Below, in pieces: positions 9,569-19,263 of a DNA stretch of 64,000 bases. Source of the stretch: Candidatus Magasanikbacteria bacterium RIFCSPHIGHO2_01_FULL_41_23 (GTDB taxonomy: Bacteria; Patescibacteriota; Patescibacteriia; Magasanikbacterales; UBA922); the NCBI GenBank assembly GCA_001782805.1, contig MFPT01000002.1, forward strand, positions 133,401 through 197,400, given 5' to 3'. Within the stretch, counting starts at the first letter, position 1; each line of letters opens with the position of its first letter. The notes below the pieces were generated by a model. It worked only from the letters and a program-made list of their open reading frames with translations, ran no database searches and was not told the origin of the DNA. The position numbers and the translations under genes were made by a program.

Positions 9569-10552
9569 ATCGCCCGTAAGGAAAAGCGCGCACGGCGCAG
9601 TACCATCGGAAAAGAGCCCGGAGGAAATAAAACGAGTGTATCCGGATTTATCCAGTGGAGTTAAATTTTGCGGAAGATGGCTGGGATTGTGTTTAGTATA
9701 CTGTTCCTGTACTTCTTGGGTATGAAGTGATTGAAGCGCCGCGTATTCAGTGGGTATAAGATCAGTATCATCATAAAGATCCGGTTTTTCTTTGTGTAAT
9801 TTTGTTAATTCTTCTTTCTGTTGATCATAATCCAGCAAGGTAGTGCCGGGATCAGGTTCAGTCGTTGGTTTTGTCCATACAATATACGGTCGATCAGGAA
9901 CAGAACGAAAGAAACTATTCGCGGGATCAGTAGTTGGATCAGTCATTTTTTCATTGTATTTGTTTGTATCAATAAAAGAATTTTCTACAACTTTAGGCTT
10001 TCCATTCTCTATCCACTCCGGTTTCAGATTTTTTAAGGATTCATCCCATTTTTTCATTTGGGCTTGCCTGCCGGGCATTACTATGGGAATCATACCTGCC
10101 AACATTCTTTTTTCTATTTTTTTCATTTCTTCCGGAGTAGAGACGGCTTCGATGAGCTGATCTTTGTTATTCTGGATGTCTGTTGTCCATTCACTCAAAT
10201 TTTGTTCAGTGTATCTGGCACAGTTTCTTTCAATTACCGTATCCAAATTAAAGATCATTTCTTTTTGTTCCGCACATTCTGGGTGATCGGCAGGGAGACC
10301 AGCCTCTTTTAATGCTTCGGCGTAGGGATTGAGGGCATGGTGAACCGTAATTTCCACGACTAACTCACGGGATAATTCAGCCATACCAGACTCGAGTTCA
10401 ATTTTGAGTTGTTTGGCTCGTTCCAAAGCATCTTTGGCTTCGGCGGGAGTGGTGGCTCCGGTCTGGGCTAGTTCCAGATACTTTAAAAATTCCTCTTTGA
10501 GGATATTAAGGGCATTGAGGCGAGTGTTTGCTTGGAGGCAGGAAAGAGGCAT
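9494..10552 (-). CDS. Putative DGR target protein with C-terminal CLec-like variable region
   Basis: Ends ..APCALF..RLHF..SRVGFRPAARS*; GFR terminal motif typical of CLec-fold DGR targets; GC-rich 3' end duplicated at 12131-12205. Confidence 0.75.
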   Translation of the reverse strand: MPLSCLQANTRLNALNILKEEFLKYLELAQTGATTPAEAKDALERAKQLKIELESGMAELSRELVVEITVHHALNPYAEALKEAGLPADHPECAEQKEMIFNLDTVIERNCARYTEQNLSEWTTDIQNNKDQLIEAVSTPEEMKKIEKRMLAGMIPIVMPGRQAQMKKWDESLKNLKPEWIENGKPKVVENSFIDTNKYNEKMTDPTTDPANSFFRSVPDRPYIVWTKPTTEPDPGTTLLDYDQQKEELTKLHKEKPDLYDDTDLIPTEYAALQSLHTQEVQEQYTKHNPSHLPQNLTPLDKSGYTRFISSGLFSDGTAPCALFLTGDSRLHFSKSDVEARSRVGFRPAARS

Positions 10553-10559
10553 AAAGAAG

Positions 10560-11969
10560 CTAAATTAAAAACAAAAACACATAGTACGGAATAAAATAGA
10601 CAGTTTGGCCATTCACTTCTTTGCGGTTCATTTCATCTCGGGTTATCACCACACCGTATGTCAATTTTTTTTGTTTCATATAATCTGTCATAACCCGCAG
10701 ATCCTTCACATTGATGGTTCGAGAAAATTTAACCTCAATCGGCACTTGGGTATTTTTTTCCAGTACAATAAAATCAATTTCTTTTTGTCCTTGTCGCCAG
10801 AAACTCAGAGATTCGGTAATACCAGTCCCTTTATACTTTTGTTTCAGCACAATATACACACTATTTTCAATTATTTTTCCAAAGGCCTCCGGAACTTGAT
10901 CAAGATGATTTTCAGTATAGTGATTGAGAGCACAGGTAAAATTAACACACGGAGTATATAATTTTTTCAAAATCCGACCGCGTTTTATGAGGCTCTTATG
11001 ATACTTATACAAAATTTCAAACAAGTAACTTTCTTTTAAGTATTCAAAATATTTTTCAACGGTTTTTTTTGAAATCTCAATCTCTCTACCGATATTGGTT
11101 AATTCAAAAATAGAGCCAATATTATTAAGGAGGTGTCGTGTGATTAATTTAAACTCATCGGCCTTTTCAATATTAAAAATTCTAATGCAATCCAATTGAA
11201 TTTTTCCGATGACTGACTCCACAATATATTCGTGCCTTTGATCAGCGTTGGGTAATTTTCTAGTTTCGGGAAATTGTCCGGTCACCAAATATTCCCTACT
11301 CAGATCAGCGATTATTTTGCCATAGTAGGCATCGTATTGACTTAATGTGCTATAGTTATACGGAAGACTGAATACATCAAATGATAAAGTTGTCTCAACC
11401 TTTTCACCATTAATTCTTAAAAATTCACGGAATGATAGTGGCGGCAAATAGAAATCAAAAATACGGCCGGCCAAACTTTCCCGATTCTTACCTTTCAACA
11501 AGACACTTTGCGATCCGGTAATTATAAATTTAATTTTCTTGCCGGATAAATCGTAGTATCGTTTCAGAACTGATTGCCAATTATCGATGTATTGAATTTC
11601 GTCTAAAAAAATATATATCTGCTCTCCCTGTCCAAAAGAGAGGCTCGGATTATGTATGACATCCTTAAAATAAAGAGATAGGACTTCATCTAAAAATTCT
11701 GTTTTCTGGATTTGGCTGGCATAATCAAAGAGGAAATAAAAAATGTGAGTGGGTTTTGTTTTTTTGGCCAGTAGCTTGGCGATTAGTTGCTTAAGCAGAG
11801 TACTCTTGCCCACCCGTCGCAAACCAACAATGTTGAGTATGAGTGTATGCTCCAAATTATCCTCAAGAATGGAAAACAAATCTCTAGTGGGAAAATCTGA
11901 TTCTTCGATAATATGGCGGTCATTATTCCACCATGGATTTTTTAAATCCAATTCTTGCTTCGTGGGCAT
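10560..11969 (-). CDS. AAA+ ATPase (AAA_14 plus DUF4143 with C-terminal PD-(D/E)xK-like domain)
   Basis: GLRRVGKST Walker A, FLDEIQ Walker B, TGS, ESLAGR, EIDFIV..PIEVK. Confidence 0.9.
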   Translation of the reverse strand: MPTKQELDLKNPWWNNDRHIIEESDFPTRDLFSILEDNLEHTLILNIVGLRRVGKSTLLKQLIAKLLAKKTKPTHIFYFLFDYASQIQKTEFLDEVLSLYFKDVIHNPSLSFGQGEQIYIFLDEIQYIDNWQSVLKRYYDLSGKKIKFIITGSQSVLLKGKNRESLAGRIFDFYLPPLSFREFLRINGEKVETTLSFDVFSLPYNYSTLSQYDAYYGKIIADLSREYLVTGQFPETRKLPNADQRHEYIVESVIGKIQLDCIRIFNIEKADEFKLITRHLLNNIGSIFELTNIGREIEISKKTVEKYFEYLKESYLFEILYKYHKSLIKRGRILKKLYTPCVNFTCALNHYTENHLDQVPEAFGKIIENSVYIVLKQKYKGTGITESLSFWRQGQKEIDFIVLEKNTQVPIEVKFSRTINVKDLRVMTDYMKQKKLTYGVVITRDEMNRKEVNGQTVYFIPYYVFLFLI

Positions 11970-12082
11970 ATATGTGCTGTATGCTTAAAATATCAATTTA
12001 AGGATACCAGACTTATACTGTATTGTAAATAGCCAAAAAATGCTTTAATTTAGCTATTTTTACCAGATATTTTGAAAATACA

Positions 12083-12205
12083 AAAAACTTAAACTAAAAA
12101 AATAAATAAACTGAAGTGCCAAACTTAAATTTATGACCTCGCCGCGGGACGGAACCCATTCTTCGAATTCGCTTCCACATCGTACCCATCGAAGTTCAAC
12201 TGCGA
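12083..12205 (-). repeat. 123-bp repeat copy 2: second putative DGR variable repeat
   Basis: Encodes SQLNFDGYDVEANSKNGFRPAARS* in the frame ending at 12131; same 3' flank as copy 1. Confidence 0.9.
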
Positions 12206-12420
12206 GAAATATCTTTGGCAAAACTGGCGAGCAAGCGTTTGCGAGAATCAATGAATGACTGAACTTCTTGTTGGAAATCAGTTTGTTCCGGAGTTAACTC
12301 CGTGGATTTTTTCTTATCAGGTTTAGACGACGCAGATGGTTCAGGTGTTTCATTTTCATCTCCCGCAACCCGAAATACATCAGGCGCTAAACCACTGCGG
12401 AGTGACTCAAATTCTGACAT
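12131..12420 (-). pseudogene. Internally deleted, frameshifted second DGR target gene
   Basis: 74-aa ORF (12420-12196) runs out of frame into a VR copy that encodes the same GFRPAARS terminus as 9494-10552. Confidence 0.6.
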
Positions 12421-12494
12421 AAAAAATCTCTTTTAATCGACAAATTGAAGATCGAGGATAGTATACTTTTTTAGTTATTAATATGCAAACCCAA

Positions 12495-13868
12495 CTATAT
12501 TTCCACCGTCTCCCCAAACTCCGGCACAAACGTCTCAATCTGATACATATCGCGCAAACGATGCGCCAATTCCGTGGCCGCGTGCGGCTCGCCATGCGTA
12601 CAAAAAACTTTTTTGGGAATTCCTGCTTGCCCTGAGCTTGTCGAATGGGCCGAACCAACCCACTCCACTAATTTTTTCTGATCCGCATGCGCGGACAAAC
12701 CACCGATCGCCTTAACCGTGCAACGCACGGCAATTTCCGCGCCATGAATTTTTACATGACTGGCACCTTCATATAATCGCCGTCCTAAAGTCCCTTGTGC
12801 CTGATATCCCACAATAATTAAGGTGGATTTGGGATCGGACAAATAGCGTTGCGCGTGATGCAAAATCCGGCCACCATTCATCATACCTGCGCCCGCGATC
12901 ACCATTTTGGACCCACGAACAGAATTGATTGTTTTTGATTCATCGCGCGTGCGTGTAATTTTCAATTGCGGAAAATTTAAAAAGTCATCGCCCAACATAA
13001 CTTCTTTGGCCGCTTCCGCATCGTAGTATTCGCGATGACGTTTAAACACTTCGGTCGCTTCAATCGCCAATGGGCTATCCAAAAAAACGGGAATCAGCGG
13101 CAAGCTATGTTCATGTTCTTGCAATTTGTGCAATTCAAATAAAAATTCTTGCGTCCGTTCAATGGAGAACGCCGGAACCATAATGGTTCCACCACGTTTG
13201 ACCGCTTCGGCAATTAAGCGCGCAATAATTTCCGTACGCGTTTCTTTATCTTCGTGCACACGATCGCCATAAGTTGATTCAATCACGAGTGCGTCCAGAG
13301 GCGATAAATTTTCCGTATCTTTTAAAATCGGAACATTCACATTCCCCACATCACCGGAAAACGCGATCCGTTTGCCTTCGGCCGAAATTTCAATAAAAGC
13401 CGCGCCGAAAATATGTCCGGAATCGCGAAAAATAGCATTAACTCCCCCATCCAAATCCACAACTTCGTGATAATTCACACCATGAAATAATGCCGCGGTT
13501 TTGATAACATCTTCTTGACTGTATAAAACCGGCTTATTGAATTTACGTTCATCGTACGACATCACGCTCCACGCATCGTCCATTACCAAACGCGCCAATT
13601 CCAATGTCCCTTCAGTTCCATAAATTTTCCCAGCAAAACCTTCTTTAACCAATTTGGGCAAACGGCCAACATGATCCAAATGCGCGTGCGTGACTAAAAC
13701 CGCGTCAATTTTCTGTGGATCAAACGGAAACGCGTCATGATTTTTTTTCTCATTAAAATCCGATCCCTGAAACATGCCGCAATCAACCAAAATTTTCTGA
13801 TTGCCGACTGAAAGCAAATAACATGATCCGGTCACTTCATGACTCGCGCCGCAAAATTTTATTTCCAT
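12495..13868 (-). CDS. Metallo-beta-lactamase/beta-CASP RNA-processing nuclease
   Basis: DCGMFQG, THAHLDHVGRLP, GHIFG, FSGD, ESTYG, GMMNGGRI, LSAHAD, HGE motifs. Confidence 0.93.
   Translation of the reverse strand: MEIKFCGASHEVTGSCYLLSVGNQKILVDCGMFQGSDFNEKKNHDAFPFDPQKIDAVLVTHAHLDHVGRLPKLVKEGFAGKIYGTEGTLELARLVMDDAWSVMSYDERKFNKPVLYSQEDVIKTAALFHGVNYHEVVDLDGGVNAIFRDSGHIFGAAFIEISAEGKRIAFSGDVGNVNVPILKDTENLSPLDALVIESTYGDRVHEDKETRTEIIARLIAEAVKRGGTIMVPAFSIERTQEFLFELHKLQEHEHSLPLIPVFLDSPLAIEATEVFKRHREYYDAEAAKEVMLGDDFLNFPQLKITRTRDESKTINSVRGSKMVIAGAGMMNGGRILHHAQRYLSDPKSTLIIVGYQAQGTLGRRLYEGASHVKIHGAEIAVRCTVKAIGGLSAHADQKKLVEWVGSAHSTSSGQAGIPKKVFCTHGEPHAATELAHRLRDMYQIETFVPEFGETVEI
12626..12649 (-). repeat. 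Short palindromic repeat inserted in frame (encodes AHSTSSGQA)
   Basis: CCCATTCGACAAGCTCAGGGCAAG on the minus strand; shares the TTCGAC..GCTC core with intergenic copies. Confidence 0.65.
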
Positions 13869-13924
13869 ATTTTGAGGTTATTTTTTAATTAAAACTAGTA
13901 TATACAAATTCGACCAAAGATGCT

Positions 13925-14647
13925 ATGCTGTCACCAACTATGATCCGACGTCCCGCTGATATTACTATTGAAGAACCGCCCATTGAAAAGCTGACCAGAC
14001 AACATTCCTGCCTTCGCCGCAGTTGTTTTTCTTGTCTGTCTTTTTTGCTGATAATTCTGGGAATTTCCTTATTGATTCTAAAATTTACCTTAAACGCGCA
14101 AACCAAAGAACTAAAAAAAATCCCCGCGGAAATAAGTCGGGCTGTGCCCGTCTATGATCCGGATAATATTGAATCCATCAGCCTAACTGCGGGCAGTGAA
14201 CGGAGTCGCGGTGTGGAAATGGCCGCATTTTTGCCCAAACTGATGGTGGCGCCGATTATCTTAACATTGGATCGCGGGAATAATATTATTAAAACCTATC
14301 GACCCGATGTCGTCAATCAAATTTCGGAAAAAACATCGTGGTTTGATAAATTCTTGATTTTAATTAAAACCAATGTGGCTGATCATCGGGATGAAATTCG
14401 TTTGGAATGGAAAAAATTACCGACTGACGCGAAATTTATTCAGGAATATTATGATACTGAATTAAAAAAACAAGGATTTATAATTACGAGTCACAGTGAC
14501 ACTGAACATATCCGCCAATTCACTTTTTCCAAAAACGGCATTGAAGGCAGTGTCTATACCGAAGATAATCCCACAACTCCGGAAACTGACACGGTTATTC
14601 TAACCATTACCATGACCGCGACCTCAACCCAAAACTATGTCAATTAA
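13925..14647 (+). CDS. Hypothetical membrane-anchored protein
   Basis: 240-aa ORF, Cys-rich stretch then one TM; overlaps the corA start. Confidence 0.75.
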   Translation: MLSPTMIRRPADITIEEPPIEKLTRQHSCLRRSCFSCLSFLLIILGISLLILKFTLNAQTKELKKIPAEISRAVPVYDPDNIESISLTAGSERSRGVEMAAFLPKLMVAPIILTLDRGNNIIKTYRPDVVNQISEKTSWFDKFLILIKTNVADHRDEIRLEWKKLPTDAKFIQEYYDTELKKQGFIITSHSDTEHIRQFTFSKNGIEGSVYTEDNPTTPETDTVILTITMTATSTQNYVN

Positions 14648-15572
14648 AACTATTACCGAGGGAAATATTTCTTGGATTCATATTGAATCGGTTACTCCGG
14701 AAGTAATTGAATTTTTGCGCACGACCTATCGTTTTCATACGCTTGATTTGGAAGATGTGGCCAGCGAAAGCACGCATATTCCCAAACTGGATACGTATCG
14801 CAATTATCTTTTTTTGGTTTTGCATTTTCCCCAGTGGAATCACAGTGAAAAGAAAGTGGAAATTTTTGAAGTTGATTTTTTTGTGGGTGATACCTACGTG
14901 ATTAGTATTCAGCATGGAAAAAATAAAGAAATGACCGGTTTTTTTTATCGCTGTCTCAAAAATCGTCGAATTAAGCAAGACTGGATGAGCGGCCAATCAG
15001 GCTTTTTATTGTATAATTTGGTCGTGTCATTATATCGCGAAGCTCGTCCGATATTAAATAATATCGGCAAGCATATTTCACTCGTGGAAAAAGAAGTTTT
15101 TTCCGGAGATCAAGGCACGCATTTAATTAAAGAACTGGCGTATCATCGGCGCAATATTTTAATGTTCGGCAGTATTATTGAGCCGCAACGCCATCTTATG
15201 ACTAATCTGGCGCATATTCGCCGGCCATTTTTAGACGAAAGTTTAACCGTTTATTTTGATGATGTGCATGATCATTTGGATAAACTTTGGTCCATTATTG
15301 AAGCGTACAAAGAAAATGTCCATGGACTCTACATTACAGTGGAATCAATTATCAACCAACGAACGAGTAAAGTTTTGACGATTCTAACGGTAATTTCCGT
15401 TTCTCTTTTGCCTCATACTCTGCTTTTCAATTTATATGGTATGAATCTACCCGGACTTCCTCTGGCCAAACATCCTAATTTGGTCTGGGGACTTATCATC
15501 GCCTTATCAATTGGAGTTATGACCGGTTTGGTTTTTGTTCTGCGACGAATGAAACGTCAAGGATGGTTTTAA
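14637..15572 (+). CDS. corA: CorA-family Mg2+/Co2+ transporter
   Basis: FHTLDLED, PKLD, YFDDVHDH, YGMN signature between two C-terminal TMs. Confidence 0.92.
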   Translation: MSIKTITEGNISWIHIESVTPEVIEFLRTTYRFHTLDLEDVASESTHIPKLDTYRNYLFLVLHFPQWNHSEKKVEIFEVDFFVGDTYVISIQHGKNKEMTGFFYRCLKNRRIKQDWMSGQSGFLLYNLVVSLYREARPILNNIGKHISLVEKEVFSGDQGTHLIKELAYHRRNILMFGSIIEPQRHLMTNLAHIRRPFLDESLTVYFDDVHDHLDKLWSIIEAYKENVHGLYITVESIINQRTSKVLTILTVISVSLLPHTLLFNLYGMNLPGLPLAKHPNLVWGLIIALSIGVMTGLVFVLRRMKRQGWF

Positions 15573-15584
15573 AGAAAAATTAGT

Positions 15585-17174
15585 GTGATCAAAAAAATTT
15601 TTTCAACTCAATCGCATACCATTACGGGCGCGGCCATTATTTTGGGCGGAGCGTCTTTTTTAAGCAGATTAATTGGATTGTTGCGCGACCGATTATTTGC
15701 GCATTATTTTGGCGCGGGCGATATTCTTGATGCGTATTATGCCGCATTTAGAATTCCGGATTTTTTGTTTAATATTTTGTTGGCCGGAGCAATAACGGCC
15801 GGATTCATTCCTATTTTTTGGGAATTATGGCAAAAAAATAAAAATGACGCGTGGCGATTAACGAATAACATTCTAATACTAACCGGAGTTCTTATGGCCT
15901 TGGGTAGTATGGTCGCGTTTATCTGCGCGCCACAATTAACAAAAATGTTGACTCCCGGATTTAGCGCGGAAAAATTGGCATTGACAACTCAGCTTACGCG
16001 CATAATGCTTTTGTCGCCAATTCTTTTGGGATTGAGCGGAGTGATTTCCAGTGTCTTGCATTCGTTTCGACAATTTGTCGCTTTTTCTTTGGCTCCGCTT
16101 ATCTATAATAGCGCGATTATCCTTGGCACTATTTTTTTAGTGCCAATTCTGGGACCAATTGGTTTGGCTTGGGGAGTAGTAATGGGAGCTCTTTTACATT
16201 TATTAATTCAATTGCCCGCGGCCATTAGCCAAGGATATTATTTTCACTGGATATTTAATTTAAAAGATTCGGCAACACGATCAGTCATAAAATTGGTAAT
16301 TCCCCGCACATTGGCAATGGTCGCATTACAAACTAATTTTTTAGTTTTGACGATCATGGCTTCCACTCTTGCCATTGGCAGTATTGCTGTTTTTAATCTC
16401 GCGCAAAATTTATACTATGTTCCTATCGGATTAATCGGGCAATCATTTGCTTTGGCCGCTTTTCCGATTTTTGCCAAAGCAGTGGTGGAAAAAAATGATG
16501 ACGAATTAGTCCGTCATTTTGGCAATGTAGTGCGACAAATATTGTTCTTGATAATCCCTGGAACAATTCTTCTTATATTGTTTCGGGCGCAAATTGTACG
16601 TGTGGTTTTGGGTTCAGGAAAATTTAATTGGACTGACACCATTTTGACATCTGACACGCTGGCGCTTCTTGCGATTTCCTTAACCGCGCATTGTATTATG
16701 CTTATTACGGCCCGGGCTTTGTACGCCTATAAAGATGCGTGGTCAACCGTATGGGCCGGATTGATTGGTGTGGCAATCACAGTATTCTTGAGTATTTTTT
16801 TAAAAAATTATTGGGGAATACGCGGTTTAGGTTTAGCATTATCCGCCTCAATTATTATTCAAACCGCTCTCTTATGGGTTGTATTACGCCGACGAGTAAA
16901 TAATCTGGAAGAAGGTAAAATTATGACTGCTCTCGCAAAAATTTCTTTGGGAAGTGTGGTCTTGGGAATAGTAGCGCAAATAACCAAGTATGGTGTGGCC
17001 GGTGTCGTGGATATGACCCGATGGTGGGGCATCTTGAGTCAAGGCTTAATTTGTGGTACTGTAGGAATTCTCGCCTATGGTTTTGTTTGCCATATTCTAA
17101 AGCTGGAAGAAATGGAATTGTTCAAAGAAAGTTTTAAAAAACGCTGGCTTAAGATTTGGCATGTTACCGAGTAA
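15585..17174 (+). CDS. murJ: Lipid II flippase MurJ (MviN)
   Basis: SRLIGLLRD, DAYYAAFRIPD, GFIPIF; about 14 TMs. Confidence 0.95.
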   Translation: MIKKIFSTQSHTITGAAIILGGASFLSRLIGLLRDRLFAHYFGAGDILDAYYAAFRIPDFLFNILLAGAITAGFIPIFWELWQKNKNDAWRLTNNILILTGVLMALGSMVAFICAPQLTKMLTPGFSAEKLALTTQLTRIMLLSPILLGLSGVISSVLHSFRQFVAFSLAPLIYNSAIILGTIFLVPILGPIGLAWGVVMGALLHLLIQLPAAISQGYYFHWIFNLKDSATRSVIKLVIPRTLAMVALQTNFLVLTIMASTLAIGSIAVFNLAQNLYYVPIGLIGQSFALAAFPIFAKAVVEKNDDELVRHFGNVVRQILFLIIPGTILLILFRAQIVRVVLGSGKFNWTDTILTSDTLALLAISLTAHCIMLITARALYAYKDAWSTVWAGLIGVAITVFLSIFLKNYWGIRGLGLALSASIIIQTALLWVVLRRRVNNLEEGKIMTALAKISLGSVVLGIVAQITKYGVAGVVDMTRWWGILSQGLICGTVGILAYGFVCHILKLEEMELFKESFKKRWLKIWHVTE

Positions 17175-17326
17175 AAAATTAAGGTTCCCTGCAAATCTTT
17201 TTCTGAGACCCTCACCCATTCGACTAACGCTCACTTCGTGGTGACCTCAGTGGAACCAGGGTATCGGGCTCAAAAAAGCTTTAGGAGTTTATCCCGACTT
17301 TTGTCGGGAGTCCACCTTAATTTTTT
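17173..17326 (+). repeat. Dispersed multi-stem intergenic repeat, copy 1 (contains a nested palindromic element at 17215-17263)
   Basis: 13-bp terminal IR AAAAAATTAAGGT/ACCTTAATTTTTT; cores CTGCAAATCTTTTTCTGAG and CTCAAAAAAGCTTTAGGAGTTTATCCCGACTT shared with 32012-32124. Confidence 0.85.
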
Positions 17327-17338
17327 TGAACATACTAT

Positions 17339-19129
17339 ATGATGGAAAAAACTCGAAATTTCTGCATCATCGCGCACATTGATCACGGCAAATCCACGCT
17401 GGCCGATCGTTTTTTGGAAATTACCGGCACCGTGGATAAACGACATATGAAAAACCAAATACTGGATCAAATGGAATTGGAACAGGAACGCGGAATTACG
17501 ATCAAACTTCAGCCAGTGCGCATGAAATATCAGGATTATATAATGAATTTAATTGACACGCCGGGTCATGTGGATTTTACCTATGAAGTTTCGCGTTCGC
17601 TCGCGGCGGTGGAAGGAGCGATTTTGTTGGTTGACGCGTCGCAAGGCGTACAAGCGCAAACAATTGCCAATTTATATTTGGCATTGGAACAAAATTTAAC
17701 AATTATTCCCGTATTAAATAAAATTGATTTGCCCAACGCGGATGTGACCAAAACCAGCGCGGAAATAATTCATTTGCTTGGTTGTAAACCGGAAGAAATT
17801 TTGACTTGTTCCGGAAAAACCGGCTTGGGTGTTGCCGAACTTTTGCAAGCCGTGATTGAACGTGTTCCTCCGCCACAGGCTGGCAATCCTGATATTGTCC
17901 GTGGTTTGATTTTTGATTCTTTTTATGATGATTATCGCGGAGTGGTGGCATCGGTCAGATTAAAAGATGGCGATTTAAAAAAAGGCGATAAAATTTTACT
18001 CATGGGCACGGACGCAGTGGCTGATGTTCTTGACACGGGACATTACGCGCCACAATTGGTTTCCGATGGTGTGTTGGCCAATGGCCAGATTGGTTTTGTG
18101 GTCACAGGATTAAAAGAATTGGGACAAGTGCGCGTGGGTGATACGATTACACTGGCAAAAACTCCGGCCACCGAACAATTGCCCGGATATAAAGAAGTAA
18201 AACCCATGGTGTTCGCGGGAATTTTTCCGCAAGAAGGCGACGATTATAATTCTTTGCGCGAGGCCATGGATCGACTAAAACTAAGTGATTCAGCGCTGAT
18301 GTATGAACCGGAACATAGTCAAGCTTTGGGATTTGGTTTTCGGTGTGGATTTTTGGGAATGTTGCATTTGGATATTTTTCAAGAACGTCTCAAACGCGAA
18401 TTTGGTTTGCATATTATTGCGACTGTGCCGAGCGTGGCTTATCATGTTTTTTTGACTAATGGCGAACAACTAACGGTTAAAAGTCCGCAAGATTTGCCCG
18501 AAGTGCAACGCATTGAGCATATTGAAGAACCATGGATGACGCTTGATGTAATAACTCCGGCCGAATATATCGGCAACATTATGAACTTGACCGTTGAACG
18601 CCAAGGATTGTACCAAAATACGGAGTATCTCAGTACCGGATCTGGCCAACGCGCGATCGTCCATTTTGAAATTCCGCTCGCCTCGCTGATTACGGATTTT
18701 TATGATAAATTAAAAACGGTCACGAGCGGCTACGCGTCAATGAATTATGATTTTAAAAATTACCGCGTGGCTGACGTGGTGCGACTGGATATGGTGATTG
18801 CCGAAACAATGGAAGAAGCTTTGGCCATGTTGGTCTGGCGCGATCACAGTTACGCCGTGGGCAAAAAAATTTGCGAATCTTTAAAGGAAACATTACCACG
18901 TCACCAATTTGAAATCAAAATTCAAGCCGTGATTGGCGGCAAAATTATCGCGAGCGAACGCATTTCACCGATGCGCAAAGATGTCACGGCCAAATTATAT
19001 GGCGGCGATGTCACGCGCAAAAATAAATTGCTGGATAAACAAAAAAAAGGGAAAAAGAAAATGATGGCCATGGGGAAAGGGAAAGTGGAGATTCCGACCG
19101 AAGCGTATTTGGCGGTTTTAAAACGATAA
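17339..19129 (+). CDS. lepA: Elongation factor 4
   Basis: RNFCIIAHIDHGKSTLADR, DTPGHVDF, GFRCGFLG, RKDVTAKLYGGDVTRK. Confidence 0.98.
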   Translation: MMEKTRNFCIIAHIDHGKSTLADRFLEITGTVDKRHMKNQILDQMELEQERGITIKLQPVRMKYQDYIMNLIDTPGHVDFTYEVSRSLAAVEGAILLVDASQGVQAQTIANLYLALEQNLTIIPVLNKIDLPNADVTKTSAEIIHLLGCKPEEILTCSGKTGLGVAELLQAVIERVPPPQAGNPDIVRGLIFDSFYDDYRGVVASVRLKDGDLKKGDKILLMGTDAVADVLDTGHYAPQLVSDGVLANGQIGFVVTGLKELGQVRVGDTITLAKTPATEQLPGYKEVKPMVFAGIFPQEGDDYNSLREAMDRLKLSDSALMYEPEHSQALGFGFRCGFLGMLHLDIFQERLKREFGLHIIATVPSVAYHVFLTNGEQLTVKSPQDLPEVQRIEHIEEPWMTLDVITPAEYIGNIMNLTVERQGLYQNTEYLSTGSGQRAIVHFEIPLASLITDFYDKLKTVTSGYASMNYDFKNYRVADVVRLDMVIAETMEEALAMLVWRDHSYAVGKKICESLKETLPRHQFEIKIQAVIGGKIIASERISPMRKDVTAKLYGGDVTRKNKLLDKQKKGKKKMMAMGKGKVEIPTEAYLAVLKR

Positions 19130-19164
19130 ATTATTAATTATTTATAGTGAGTTTTTATCGAACT

Positions 19165-19263
19165 ATGTACGAAAGCAAATATTTTAAAATCATTTGGACA
19201 ATCATTTCCATTATCGCGGTCGGTGCCATGTTATTTTTTACCATTTTGCCGGCGTTTTATTAA
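19165..19263 (+). CDS. 32-aa single-TM microprotein (below the ORF-track cutoff)
   Basis: MYESKYFKIIWTIISIIAVGAMLFFTILPAFY*; clean ATG to TAA, 35 nt after the lepA stop. Confidence 0.6.
   Translation: MYESKYFKIIWTIISIIAVGAMLFFTILPAFY

Noticed and set aside
12083-12205. Copy 2 as the DGR template repeat
   Set aside because: Four mismatches have A in copy 1 and non-A in copy 2, the 3' flank is identical to the target's rather than a distinct IMH*, and no RT is adjacent; a second VR fits better
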